A stretch of 47,003 nt of DNA. It comes from Candidatus Micrarchaeaceae archaeon. GTDB lineage: Archaea > Micrarchaeota > Micrarchaeia > Micrarchaeales > CABMGC01. The notes below the pieces were generated by a model that saw only the letters and a list, made by a program, of their open reading frames with translations, made no database searches and was not told where the DNA came from. The stretch is taken from NCBI GenBank assembly GCA_038877255.1, contig JAVYWZ010000003.1, forward strand, positions 1-47,003. The letters run 5' to 3'. The position numbers and the translations under genes were made by a program. Below are positions 7,993-16,645 of this stretch, one piece after another (the stretch's first letter is position 1; each line of letters opens with the position of its first letter).

Positions 7993-8937
7993 ATGGGGAA
8001 TTTGCGTTTAGAAAGCATAATTCAAAGCCTTCCAAAACAAGACCCAAAACAAGACCCAAAACAAGATCTCCTTGCAGAAGTTATGCGGGACCATACGCAC
8101 AAGGGGCAACTTCAGCTTGTTAAAGAGTTAACACCACTTCTTTCGCTACTACTGCACAGTGGCGAGTACGTCGATGGTAAAATACCTATAACAATCGAGG
8201 TAGGCGGCGGTGACGGTAAAATACATGCCATAGCGTATTTTCCTAGTAAAGATTATACTGATTTTCACGGCCGCATATACCCAACATCAAATGAGGGCTA
8301 TGACACATGTCTTCTTGAAAAAATTGCAAGAAGCGCATCAAATGCTGATATATATGTAGGTGTGATGGGCGGCCTTACCAACAATTTGGAACTTATTAAC
8401 AACATAAAAAACAATCACATGAAAATTTACCTTGTTGATATAAACATTGAGCAGATATTATATCAACTAATCAGCATTGCCAGGTACAACAAAAACGGCA
8501 AGTTTCCGATACTTAAGCATGATGCTTCAGGAGATATCAAAAAATATGGAAAAGTAACACAGACAGAACTTTCAATATATAATATGGGCATAGCTCGATT
8601 CCTTAGCACGAAAATAACAAGCAGTGCCAATGTATTTGCTTATTTGTCGAATGTGCCTGAAATATACGCAAAGCTTAACGATGGTGAAGTCATTATCTTA
8701 GGTGGTTATTCGCAAAGCCCAGAATCAACCAAAGAAATATTTTCAGCTTTTATGAATAACAGCAACATAGAATCAGGCAGCACACTGTTTGCTTCAGGCC
8801 CAACTGTTTTATCAGATGCTGTTTTAGTCAAGAAAACCAAGAAAACCAAGAAAACAGCTTATGGTCTCGTTTTTGATGCAGCATATACACATTACAAGCT
8901 CTACAATAGCAAAGAGGTTGTTAAGCATAACATTTAG
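7993..8937 (+). CDS. Hypothetical protein, possible SAM-binding Rossmann fold (DUF3419/BtaA-like)
   Basis: AT-rich ORF. YPTSNE...IYVGVMGGLTN...IYLVDINIEQI...YLSNVPE resembles SAM motif I/II. Contains PKQD x3 (8032-8067) and KKT x3 (8830-8856). Confidence 0.5.
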   Translation: MGNLRLESIIQSLPKQDPKQDPKQDLLAEVMRDHTHKGQLQLVKELTPLLSLLLHSGEYVDGKIPITIEVGGGDGKIHAIAYFPSKDYTDFHGRIYPTSNEGYDTCLLEKIARSASNADIYVGVMGGLTNNLELINNIKNNHMKIYLVDINIEQILYQLISIARYNKNGKFPILKHDASGDIKKYGKVTQTELSIYNMGIARFLSTKITSSANVFAYLSNVPEIYAKLNDGEVIILGGYSQSPESTKEIFSAFMNNSNIESGSTLFASGPTVLSDAVLVKKTKKTKKTAYGLVFDAAYTHYKLYNSKEVVKHNI

Positions 8938-8985
8938 CGTGCATGCTCTGTTTCCTATTTTAATATTTGTGTTCTATATCTGATT

Positions 8986-9333
8986 ATGCATGTTTATTTG
9001 GCGATTGCCGTATTCGCTATTATTGCTTTGGCTGTACCTGCAGCGATGCTGCTATTTTCTTTGCTTGTTAGGCCAAGGCCTGGTGTTAACGAAGTTCAGG
9101 AAAAGCCCTTTGAAAGCGGTGAAGAGAGCATAAGTGAAAAAGCCAGCGCAATGCGCGAGTACTTGCATTACTTTTCTATGTTTCTTGTGATAGAGCTCTC
9201 AGGTGTTATACTGTTGCTATGGGCCATTTCAGCAAGCACAGTTAGCGTATCAACGAGCTTTGCAGTGCTGGCGCTTCCTGCACTGGCTCTTCTTTTTTGC
9301 TTAATCATAATGGTTATGCACGAGCATAAGTGA
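8986..9333 (+). CDS. nuoA: Complex I-like subunit A
   Basis: Three TM segments, KPFESGE loop, first gene of the nuo cluster. Confidence 0.88.
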   Translation: MHVYLAIAVFAIIALAVPAAMLLFSLLVRPRPGVNEVQEKPFESGEESISEKASAMREYLHYFSMFLVIELSGVILLLWAISASTVSVSTSFAVLALPALALLFCLIIMVMHEHK

Positions 9334-9337
9334 TGCA

Positions 9338-9886
9338 ATGACAACATTTGAAAACGCCGAGCAGGAAATGAGCAGGCTTGTTGAAGAATCGCTTAAAAAA
9401 TACGGCGTGAAGCCAAATACACTTTTCGCAAGGCTTTCTGATATTACAAAAGCAGCGTCAAAAGGCATGATAACGTGGTCGAGAAAGAACAGTGCCTGGC
9501 CTTCGCTTTTTGGTCTTGCTTGCTGCGCTATGGAGCTCATGGACTTCGGCTCGGCGCGCATAGACGCCGAGCGTGGCAGCTACCTGCTCTTTCGTGCAAC
9601 GCCAAGGCAGAGCGACGTAATGATTGTTGCCGGCTGGGTTACAAAATCCATAATACCAGAGATAAAGCGCTTGTACGAGCAGATGCTTAAGCCCAGATAT
9701 GTCATAGCATACGGCGAGTGTGCGGTTTCTGGCGGTCCGTGGTTTGAGAGCTATAACATAATAAAAGGGATAGACCAGGTTTTGCCTGTCGACGTTTATG
9801 TGGTAGGGTGCCCTCCAAAGCCAGAAAATCTTTTTGCAGCTCTAATGAAACTGCAGAAGCGAATAGGTGGGAGCGTTGAAGATTGA
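9338..9886 (+). CDS. nuoB: Complex I-like subunit B
   Basis: GLACCAMEL, RATPRQSDVMIVAG, GECAVSGG and VDVYVVGCPPKPE (N2 cluster ligands). Confidence 0.97.
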   Translation: MTTFENAEQEMSRLVEESLKKYGVKPNTLFARLSDITKAASKGMITWSRKNSAWPSLFGLACCAMELMDFGSARIDAERGSYLLFRATPRQSDVMIVAGWVTKSIIPEIKRLYEQMLKPRYVIAYGECAVSGGPWFESYNIIKGIDQVLPVDVYVVGCPPKPENLFAALMKLQKRIGGSVED

Positions 9887-10247
9887 AAGGAAGAATCTGC
9901 TTGAGCAGCTCACTCGGCTTGAGTCTAGTGGCTACAATTACCTGCTGAAGATAACAGCAGTAGACAACATAAGCACGTTGACTGTGCTCTACTTTCTGAG
10001 AAATCTTGAAAAAAACAAAGACGAGGTAATTGAAGTAGACATAGATCCTGGAGATGCGTATGTGCCAAGCGTAGTCAAAATATTCCCTAGTGCTGACTGG
10101 TATGAGCGCGAGCTATATGAAATGTTTGGCATTGAAATAAAAGGCAGGCATGTCGAGCGGCTGCTGCTTGAGAAATGGAATGGCAAGGGAGCTCCTTTGC
10201 GCAAGAACTTTGAGTGGGGGAAGCCTTACGATACATATGGTGTTTGA
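9876..10247 (+). CDS. nuoC: Complex I-like subunit C
   Basis: SADWYERELYEMFGI and PLRKNF motifs. TTG start at 9876 after AGGTGG (the track starts at 9867). Confidence 0.93.
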   Translation: MKIERKNLLEQLTRLESSGYNYLLKITAVDNISTLTVLYFLRNLEKNKDEVIEVDIDPGDAYVPSVVKIFPSADWYERELYEMFGIEIKGRHVERLLLEKWNGKGAPLRKNFEWGKPYDTYGV

Positions 10248-11339
10248 TTGACGACGCGGATAAACATAGGGCCTATACATCCAAGCACTCACGGCGTGCT
10301 CCGTCTAGTAGTGGAGCTTGATGGCGATACTATCGTAAGCGTTGAGCCGCACATAGGTTTCATGCACCGCGGAGTGGAGAAATTAGTCGAAACAAGAACG
10401 TATATGCAGAGCGCAGGCTATATAGAGAAGCTGGATTACGTTGCGCCTATGGCATGCGATGATGCGTATGTAGCAGCAGTTGAGCAGGCAATGGGAATAG
10501 AGGTTAAGGAAAGGGCAAAGTACGTGCGCACGGTGCTACTCGAGCTTCAAAGGATTGCAAGCCATCTCCTCTGGCTAGGCACAATGTTGAACGACTTGGG
10601 CCAATTCTTTACAGTATTCATGTGGACTTTTAAAGACAGGGACCTTATACTTAGGCTTCTCGAGGAGCAGGCAGGGGCAAGAATGTTCTACGTGAACATA
10701 AGGCCAGGCGGCATGTTCCGCGATCTGCCAAGAGATTTTGAGGAGCAAACGCTAAGCACGCTCGATTACTTTGAGAAGCGCGTGCGTGAGTATGAGCATT
10801 ATATAGAAAGCAATGAAATATTCACAGAAAGAACAAAAGGCATTGGCGTGCTAAGCGGCAAAGAAGCCATAGCACTTGGAGTCACAGGGCCCGTGCTGCG
10901 CGCCTCTGGCGTTAACTATGATGTCAGAAGCAACATGCCCTATTATGCATATAGCGAGTTGGGTTTCAGGCCTCAGGTGCTTACTTCTGGTGATTCCTTT
11001 GCAAGGTACAAGGTGCGTATGCTTGAAATTAAAGAGAGCATAAGGATAGTGCGCGAAGGACTTAAGAAGATGCCAGCAGGGGATTCGCAGGGCTTGCCAA
11101 TAAAACTCATATTGCCAAGTGCGAAAAATAGGATTGTATCTGTGAGTAGGGAAACGCCAAGGGGAGAAATGTTTTTGTACATGGTTGCAGATCCGCAAAG
11201 GCCTTACCGGCTTTCGATACGCTCGCCTTCGTTCATAAATCTTTCAGCGCTAAATACTATGGCCAAGGGCATGCATCTTGCTGATTTGTTTGCCATACTT
11301 GGCAGCCTTGATTTGGTGATGCCTGATGTTGATCGTTAA
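10248..11339 (+). CDS. nuoD: Complex I-like subunit D
   Basis: GPIHPSTHGVLRL, GFMHRGVEKL, ELQRIASHL, GPVLRASG, ETPRGE and terminal DVDR. No NiFe CxxC motifs. Confidence 0.97.
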   Translation: MTTRINIGPIHPSTHGVLRLVVELDGDTIVSVEPHIGFMHRGVEKLVETRTYMQSAGYIEKLDYVAPMACDDAYVAAVEQAMGIEVKERAKYVRTVLLELQRIASHLLWLGTMLNDLGQFFTVFMWTFKDRDLILRLLEEQAGARMFYVNIRPGGMFRDLPRDFEEQTLSTLDYFEKRVREYEHYIESNEIFTERTKGIGVLSGKEAIALGVTGPVLRASGVNYDVRSNMPYYAYSELGFRPQVLTSGDSFARYKVRMLEIKESIRIVREGLKKMPAGDSQGLPIKLILPSAKNRIVSVSRETPRGEMFLYMVADPQRPYRLSIRSPSFINLSALNTMAKGMHLADLFAILGSLDLVMPDVDR

Positions 11340-12345
11340 CGTGTTTAGCCTTGCCATTATTTCATGGCTCTCTTCACTGATAAATTCAAGCAACATATTG
11401 CACGAAGTGTTAGGGTTTGTAATTTACGCCATAGGCATAGGCATACTCATAATCGTGTTTGACTATTTCATGGGCTGGCTTGAGAGAAAAATAATCGCAA
11501 AGGTGCAGTTGAGGCACGGACCAACATTCGTCGGCAAGTATGGCCTGCTCCAAAATCTTGCTGATTTTACCAAGCTGCTTGCAAAGGCACATTTCATGCC
11601 AAAGAATGCAGACAAGCTTCTCTTTTCATTGGCATTGCCGCTTATGCTTGCAATATCTATATTCCTTATCTTTCTATTGCCAATAGTTCCACAAACAGGT
11701 ATAGGAAATTTTGCCAACAGTCTGCTTATCATATTCGCCTTGCTAGCATTTATGCCCCTGCTTATCTTCATTGCCGGTACAGCAAGTGGCAACAAGTTTG
11801 GGCAAATAAGTGCGCAGAGATCTGTGGCTATGCTGCTAAGCTATGAAATACCTATGTTGCTAGTGATAGCAAGCGTAGGCATGCTCGCTAAATCGTACAA
11901 TCTTTTCAGCATAGTTTCGGCCCAGACAAAATACTGGTATGTATTGCTAATGCCCATAGGCTTCTTCGTTCTTTTCGTAGCAATGCTTGCAGAGATGGAA
12001 AGATCTCCTTTTGATCTGCGCGAAGCAGATTCGGAGCTAATAGCAGGATGGCTTACTGACGTAAGCGCGCCGTATTACACGCTTGCTCTCTTTCTTGATT
12101 ATACTAAGGTGTTTCTCGGAAGCGCAGTAATTGCGCTTCTTTTCTTCGGCGGCTGGCAGGGTCCTTTTCTTCCGCCTATTGCATGGCTATTGATAAAGGC
12201 AGTAGTAATAGCGGTGTTTGTGATGCTTATACGGGCAACAGCAGTCCGCATGCGCCTAGACAGGCTTCTGAAGCTTGGCTGGTTCATACTTCTGCCGCTT
12301 GCGCTGATTAATTTATTTATTACATATATGTTATTTGTAGGATGA
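11326..12345 (+). CDS. nuoH: Complex I-like subunit H
   Basis: ERKIIAKVQLRHGP, GLLQNLADFTKLL, SYEIP and RSPFDLREADSELIAG motifs. Confidence 0.96.
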   Translation: MLIVNVFSLAIISWLSSLINSSNILHEVLGFVIYAIGIGILIIVFDYFMGWLERKIIAKVQLRHGPTFVGKYGLLQNLADFTKLLAKAHFMPKNADKLLFSLALPLMLAISIFLIFLLPIVPQTGIGNFANSLLIIFALLAFMPLLIFIAGTASGNKFGQISAQRSVAMLLSYEIPMLLVIASVGMLAKSYNLFSIVSAQTKYWYVLLMPIGFFVLFVAMLAEMERSPFDLREADSELIAGWLTDVSAPYYTLALFLDYTKVFLGSAVIALLFFGGWQGPFLPPIAWLLIKAVVIAVFVMLIRATAVRMRLDRLLKLGWFILLPLALINLFITYMLFVG

Positions 12346-12355
12346 GGTTGGGCGT

Positions 12356-12721
12356 ATGCTGATAAACTCAATAGCGAAAACCGCTGATAACTTAAAGAGA
12401 AAGAGATTCACGCTCGACTTCCCAGAAGAGCGCGAGCAGCTCAGCGACAGAGAGAGATACATGCTCAGGCTTGATAGGCCTACATGCATAAGCTGCGGAG
12501 CTTGCGAGAGAATCTGCCCAAATAAGACAATAACAATGGTCGACACGCCCACTGAAAAAGGCGTAAAGAAGATGCCTCAGGTAGACATAGAGCGCTGCCT
12601 CTTCTGTGGGCTTTGTGAGGAAGTATGCCCTACTAAATGCCTTACGCTTACTAAAGGCTACGACTTCGAAGCCTATGACAAAAGGGAGTTTGTTAAGAGG
12701 CCTGAAGACCTTGAGGGATGA
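12356..12721 (+). CDS. nuoI: Complex I-like subunit I (2x[4Fe-4S])
   Basis: CISCGACERICP and CLFCGLCEEVCP. Confidence 0.95.
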   Translation: MLINSIAKTADNLKRKRFTLDFPEEREQLSDRERYMLRLDRPTCISCGACERICPNKTITMVDTPTEKGVKKMPQVDIERCLFCGLCEEVCPTKCLTLTKGYDFEAYDKREFVKRPEDLEG

Positions 12722-12722
12722 C

Positions 12723-13208
12723 ATGCAATACGTGTTTCTTTCAGTTCTTGCTGCCCTTGCCTTTGTGCTTTCGGCAAGCGTTTTCTTTACGCGAAGGCTA
12801 ATTAGAGCCGTGGCATTATTTGCACTTGTCGCACTTGCAAGCGCCGTAATATTTGCTGTCGAGGGTCAGGCATTTGTAGGCATACTGCAGATTGTTGTTT
12901 TCATAGGCGGCATTTCTACCTATTTTATGCTTTCGTTTGACGCTAAAGAGGAATCTGAGAAAAGCATGAAGAAGAAGGCTGCGCTTGCAATCAGCATGGC
13001 TATTGTAGGCAGTGTAACGGCTTACGCTGTAATTTTATTATCGCATACTTCTTCTGCTGCTGCGTTTGTAAATAATAGCTTTTCAGCGGTTGCTGCGCAG
13101 GCGCTCTCTTCTTATTACGTTGTTTTGTATATGATTTTGGTCATGCTTTTAGCAGCAGCGATTGGTAGTGTGCTTGTAATAAAAAGGCTAAATGAGGCAA
13201 GAACATGA
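12723..13208 (+). CDS. nuoJ: Complex I-like subunit J
   Basis: Hydrophobic protein with FVGILQIVVFIGGI, located between nuoI and nuoK. ATG at 12723. Confidence 0.85.
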   Translation: MQYVFLSVLAALAFVLSASVFFTRRLIRAVALFALVALASAVIFAVEGQAFVGILQIVVFIGGISTYFMLSFDAKEESEKSMKKKAALAISMAIVGSVTAYAVILLSHTSSAAAFVNNSFSAVAAQALSSYYVVLYMILVMLLAAAIGSVLVIKRLNEART

Positions 13209-13510
13209 TACCTATTGTAATTTTAATAGCTTCGCTGTTCATTGCTGCAGGCGCAATAGTAGGCATGATCTTCAGCAGACATTTTATAATTATCATGCTT
13301 GCGGTTGAGATGCTTCTAATCGCTGCAATTGTTCTGCTTGTTTCGTTCTTTGCAACAAGTACAAATCCATCAAGCTCAGGAATAATGCTGCTGTTTCTGA
13401 TTTGGGCGATTGCCGCTGCAGAGGCGATAGTGGCACTGGCTTTTTACGCTTTTATGAAATCAAGAGGCATAAGCTTTGACATATCAAAGCTGAACGAGAT
13501 GAAGTGGTGA
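13205..13510 (+). CDS. nuoK: Complex I-like subunit K
   Basis: MLAVEMLL and AIAAAEAIVALA motifs; three TM segments. Confidence 0.92.
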   Translation: MIPIVILIASLFIAAGAIVGMIFSRHFIIIMLAVEMLLIAAIVLLVSFFATSTNPSSSGIMLLFLIWAIAAAEAIVALAFYAFMKSRGISFDISKLNEMKW

Positions 13511-13532
13511 AACCGAAGTGTGAAGTGATGAT

Positions 13533-15284
13533 ATGTTAATTGCTGCTGTTTTGTTGCTTCCATTGCTTATTGGCATAGTTGCAATTGCGCTTGCCAGACA
13601 ACACCACGCAAAATATTTGGCTTTAGGCGCTAGCCTTGTAACACTTGCGCTTTTGCCGCTAAGCACCGGATCTGCAAGTGTGCAATGGTTAAGCGTAGGC
13701 GGCTCTGTGCTAAATATCGTGATAAGCACGCATGCGCTCAATCTCATGCTTATTGCGCTTGTTTCGTTCATGACTCCTTTTGTGCTTTTTTACTCTTTCG
13801 GCTACATTAATTTGCCAAGCGCGCAGAAGCGCTTTTATGTAGAGATGCTAGCATTTGAAACCTCAATGCTTCTCTTTGCAATGAGTGGCAGCTTCATAAC
13901 GCTGTTCATAGCTTGGGAATTTCTAAGCATGACTAGCTATCTGCTAATAGGCTTTTGGTATAATAGGGAAAAGGCCGTGCGTGCAGCAAGAAAAGTCATA
14001 AGCATAATAGTGTTCGGCGATATAGCATTGTTCGCTTCAATAGTGCTTTTCTTTGCTGCTTATGGCACTCTCGACTTTGCGCAAATCGTAGCTACATCAA
14101 GCAACGCACTTGCATACTTTGCAACAGGGCTTCTTCTTGTTGCAATTTTTACAAAGTCCGCGCAGTTTCCTTTTCACGAATGGCTTGCAGATGCGATGGA
14201 AGGTCCAGTTCCAGTTTCGGCAATGCTTCATTCAACCACCATGGTAAAGGCAGGAGTTTTTGCTGCGCTTGTGCTGCTCCCGCTGATCACAGCTATGCAT
14301 TCTGACTCTGTGCTAATTGCAGTAGGCCTGCTTACTGCAGTGATAGCCACGTTCGATGCGTTAAGAGAGCAACATGTGAAAAAGGTGCTTGCCTATTCAA
14401 CAGTTCAGGAGCTTTCTCTTATGTTTGTTGCGATAGGCGCAAACGCACTGCTCGCAGCAGTTTACTTCTTCATAGTGCAAAGCTTCTACAAGGCCGCGCT
14501 GTTCTTTACTGCCGGATCTTCGATGAAAGCAACTGATAAAGAAAGCATAAACGACATAAGCGGACTTCGTTCTAACAAACTGTTGTTCGTTAGTGCCGTA
14601 TTCGGTGTGCTTGCGCTTGCCGGATTCATTCCTTTCGATGGCTTTTTTGCAAGCATTGGCATAAGCTCTGCGTTTTCAAGCAATCTGTTAATCTATGCTG
14701 TTATATCGTTGATTAGCCTGTTGACAAGCTTCTTCATTTTTAGGTGGCTTGCATTTTTAGCAAAGCCTGCAAAAGATGCGCGCGAGAAGATTCTTTACGC
14801 AGCTCTGCCGAAGAGCATGCTTGTTCCTGGATTTTTGCTGGCATTGCTGGCTCTTGCGGCAAGTGCGCTTTTCTTTTTTATGCCAAGTCTCTTTTCAGCG
14901 GCGCAATTCAGTTCCGGCAAGCCTCTTATTATTGAGATATCTGGCATAATTGTTGAAACAGTAATGGTTGCTGCTGGTGCTTTGCTAGCATGGCGCATAT
15001 ACCAGGGCAAGATAAATTACCTGTTGAGTAAGCGGGCTAATCATTTGCAAACAACAAGAGCGTTCAATTTCGCGTACTCACTCATAGCGTCTTTCTTTTA
15101 TCTTTTTGCAGCTGGCTTTTACTACTTTGATGCATATCTCGATGAGCTTTTCAACTCTATGGCTCACGGGGTGAATTCTTCAGCAGGCGCTGTGCGGCAC
15201 ATAGCACAGGGCCAGCTTAGCGCATACATAGCCATATTCGTTATTGGGCTGTTGCTGCTATTATTGTTCTTGGTGGTTTATTGA
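13533..15284 (+). CDS. nuoL: Complex I-like antiporter subunit L
   Basis: LFIAWEFLSMTSYLLIGFW, KSAQFPFHEWLADAMEGPVPVSAMLHSTTMVKAG and KKVLAYSTV motifs. Confidence 0.95.
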   Translation: MLIAAVLLLPLLIGIVAIALARQHHAKYLALGASLVTLALLPLSTGSASVQWLSVGGSVLNIVISTHALNLMLIALVSFMTPFVLFYSFGYINLPSAQKRFYVEMLAFETSMLLFAMSGSFITLFIAWEFLSMTSYLLIGFWYNREKAVRAARKVISIIVFGDIALFASIVLFFAAYGTLDFAQIVATSSNALAYFATGLLLVAIFTKSAQFPFHEWLADAMEGPVPVSAMLHSTTMVKAGVFAALVLLPLITAMHSDSVLIAVGLLTAVIATFDALREQHVKKVLAYSTVQELSLMFVAIGANALLAAVYFFIVQSFYKAALFFTAGSSMKATDKESINDISGLRSNKLLFVSAVFGVLALAGFIPFDGFFASIGISSAFSSNLLIYAVISLISLLTSFFIFRWLAFLAKPAKDAREKILYAALPKSMLVPGFLLALLALAASALFFFMPSLFSAAQFSSGKPLIIEISGIIVETVMVAAGALLAWRIYQGKINYLLSKRANHLQTTRAFNFAYSLIASFFYLFAAGFYYFDAYLDELFNSMAHGVNSSAGAVRHIAQGQLSAYIAIFVIGLLLLLLFLVVY

Positions 15285-16645
15285 TAATATTGCTTTTCTT
15301 AACTATTGCTTTTTTGCTTCTGTTTGGCAATATCGCACTTTGGTTCACAGGCAAAAAACATATTGTTCTTGCATTTGATGTTGTGCTTCTGGCAGCGCTT
15401 GCATTTTTTGCATACTCTATTTACTCCAACGGCATAAGTGCGAGCTACTTCGGCATGGTTTCTGTCAATAGTTTTTCTGCCTTTTTCGCGTTGGTCTTCA
15501 CACTTGGCATGCTGCTTATCAGCGTGCTTGCATATGAGTACTCTGCCTCTTATGCGGATTTCGCAGTGCTTTCAGGTTTTGCTCTTGCTGGCATGTACTC
15601 TGTTGCATTTGCATATTCTTTGATAATGATTCTGCTCGGCTTGGAGCTTGCAAGCATTCCTTCGCTATTTATAATACTATTAAGTAAGAAGAACAGCATA
15701 GAAGCGGCTACTAAATATTTGATAATGTCGGCGCTCGCTGTAGCTACTCTCGCATTCGCCATTGTGCTTGCCTATGGCGCTGCAAACTCCTTGGCGCTCT
15801 CCGCAATTTCAAAAGTAGGCTACGCAATCGCTGCGCTTGCTTTCTTCGTTGTTTCTCTTGGCTTTGAGTCTGCTCAGTTCCCGTTCAGTGTGCTTTTGCC
15901 AGATGTTTATCAAGGTTCGTCTGCTTATGCGACTGCGATGCTTGGCGGCGTAAATGAGAAACTGGGATTTGCCGCGCTTATCCAGGTGCTTGTTCTGTTG
16001 CTTGTGGGATTGGGTTCTACATTTGTCATCGCAGCTGCGCTTTCGGTGCTTACTATGTTTTATGGCAACATAGTGGCGCTTGCCCAGACAAATCTCAAAA
16101 GGCTTTTTGCCTATTCATCAATCTCGCAGGCAGGCTACATAATGATAGGCATAGCTACGGCTACAAAAGCAGGAATAGCCGCAAGCCTCGTGCAGATTTT
16201 TGCGCACATGTTCTTGTTCATAGGCGTGCTTGCCATTGTGGCATGGCTCGAAAAAAGGAACAGGAACAATGTCGATGACCTGATTGGCTTAAGCTCTGAG
16301 AACAAAATAGCAGCATTTGGATTGACGCTTTTCATGCTCTCGCTTATTGGCCTGCCGTTGACAGTGGGCTTTATAGGAAAGTTCTTGCTGTTTCTAAGTG
16401 CTACAGTGTCGGGCATGGTTTGGCTCGCAATACTCGGAATAATAAACAGTGTAATTTCTATCTTTTATTACGCAAAGCCAATTACTGCAATATTTACAAA
16501 CAAATATGAAGCCAGAAAAATAGGAATGGACCGCTACACTGTTTTTGTAGTTGCGGTTTGCATCGCCATTGTGCTGATTTTTGGGATTTATCCAGGGCCG
16601 CTAATTTCATTTGCCACAAGTGCGGCATCCTTTGTTCTGCGTTGA
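15281..16645 (+). CDS. nuoN: Complex I-like antiporter subunit N
   Basis: LGLELAS, EAATKYLI, PDVYQGS, NLKRLFAYSSISQAGY and SLIGLPLTVGFIGKF motifs. Confidence 0.93.
   Translation: MIILLFLTIAFLLLFGNIALWFTGKKHIVLAFDVVLLAALAFFAYSIYSNGISASYFGMVSVNSFSAFFALVFTLGMLLISVLAYEYSASYADFAVLSGFALAGMYSVAFAYSLIMILLGLELASIPSLFIILLSKKNSIEAATKYLIMSALAVATLAFAIVLAYGAANSLALSAISKVGYAIAALAFFVVSLGFESAQFPFSVLLPDVYQGSSAYATAMLGGVNEKLGFAALIQVLVLLLVGLGSTFVIAAALSVLTMFYGNIVALAQTNLKRLFAYSSISQAGYIMIGIATATKAGIAASLVQIFAHMFLFIGVLAIVAWLEKRNRNNVDDLIGLSSENKIAAFGLTLFMLSLIGLPLTVGFIGKFLLFLSATVSGMVWLAILGIINSVISIFYYAKPITAIFTNKYEARKIGMDRYTVFVVAVCIAIVLIFGIYPGPLISFATSAASFVLR

Noticed and set aside
10248-11339. Group 4 NiFe hydrogenase large subunit
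   Set aside because: It lacks both CxxC Ni-binding motifs and has the NuoD quinone-site His/Tyr pattern.
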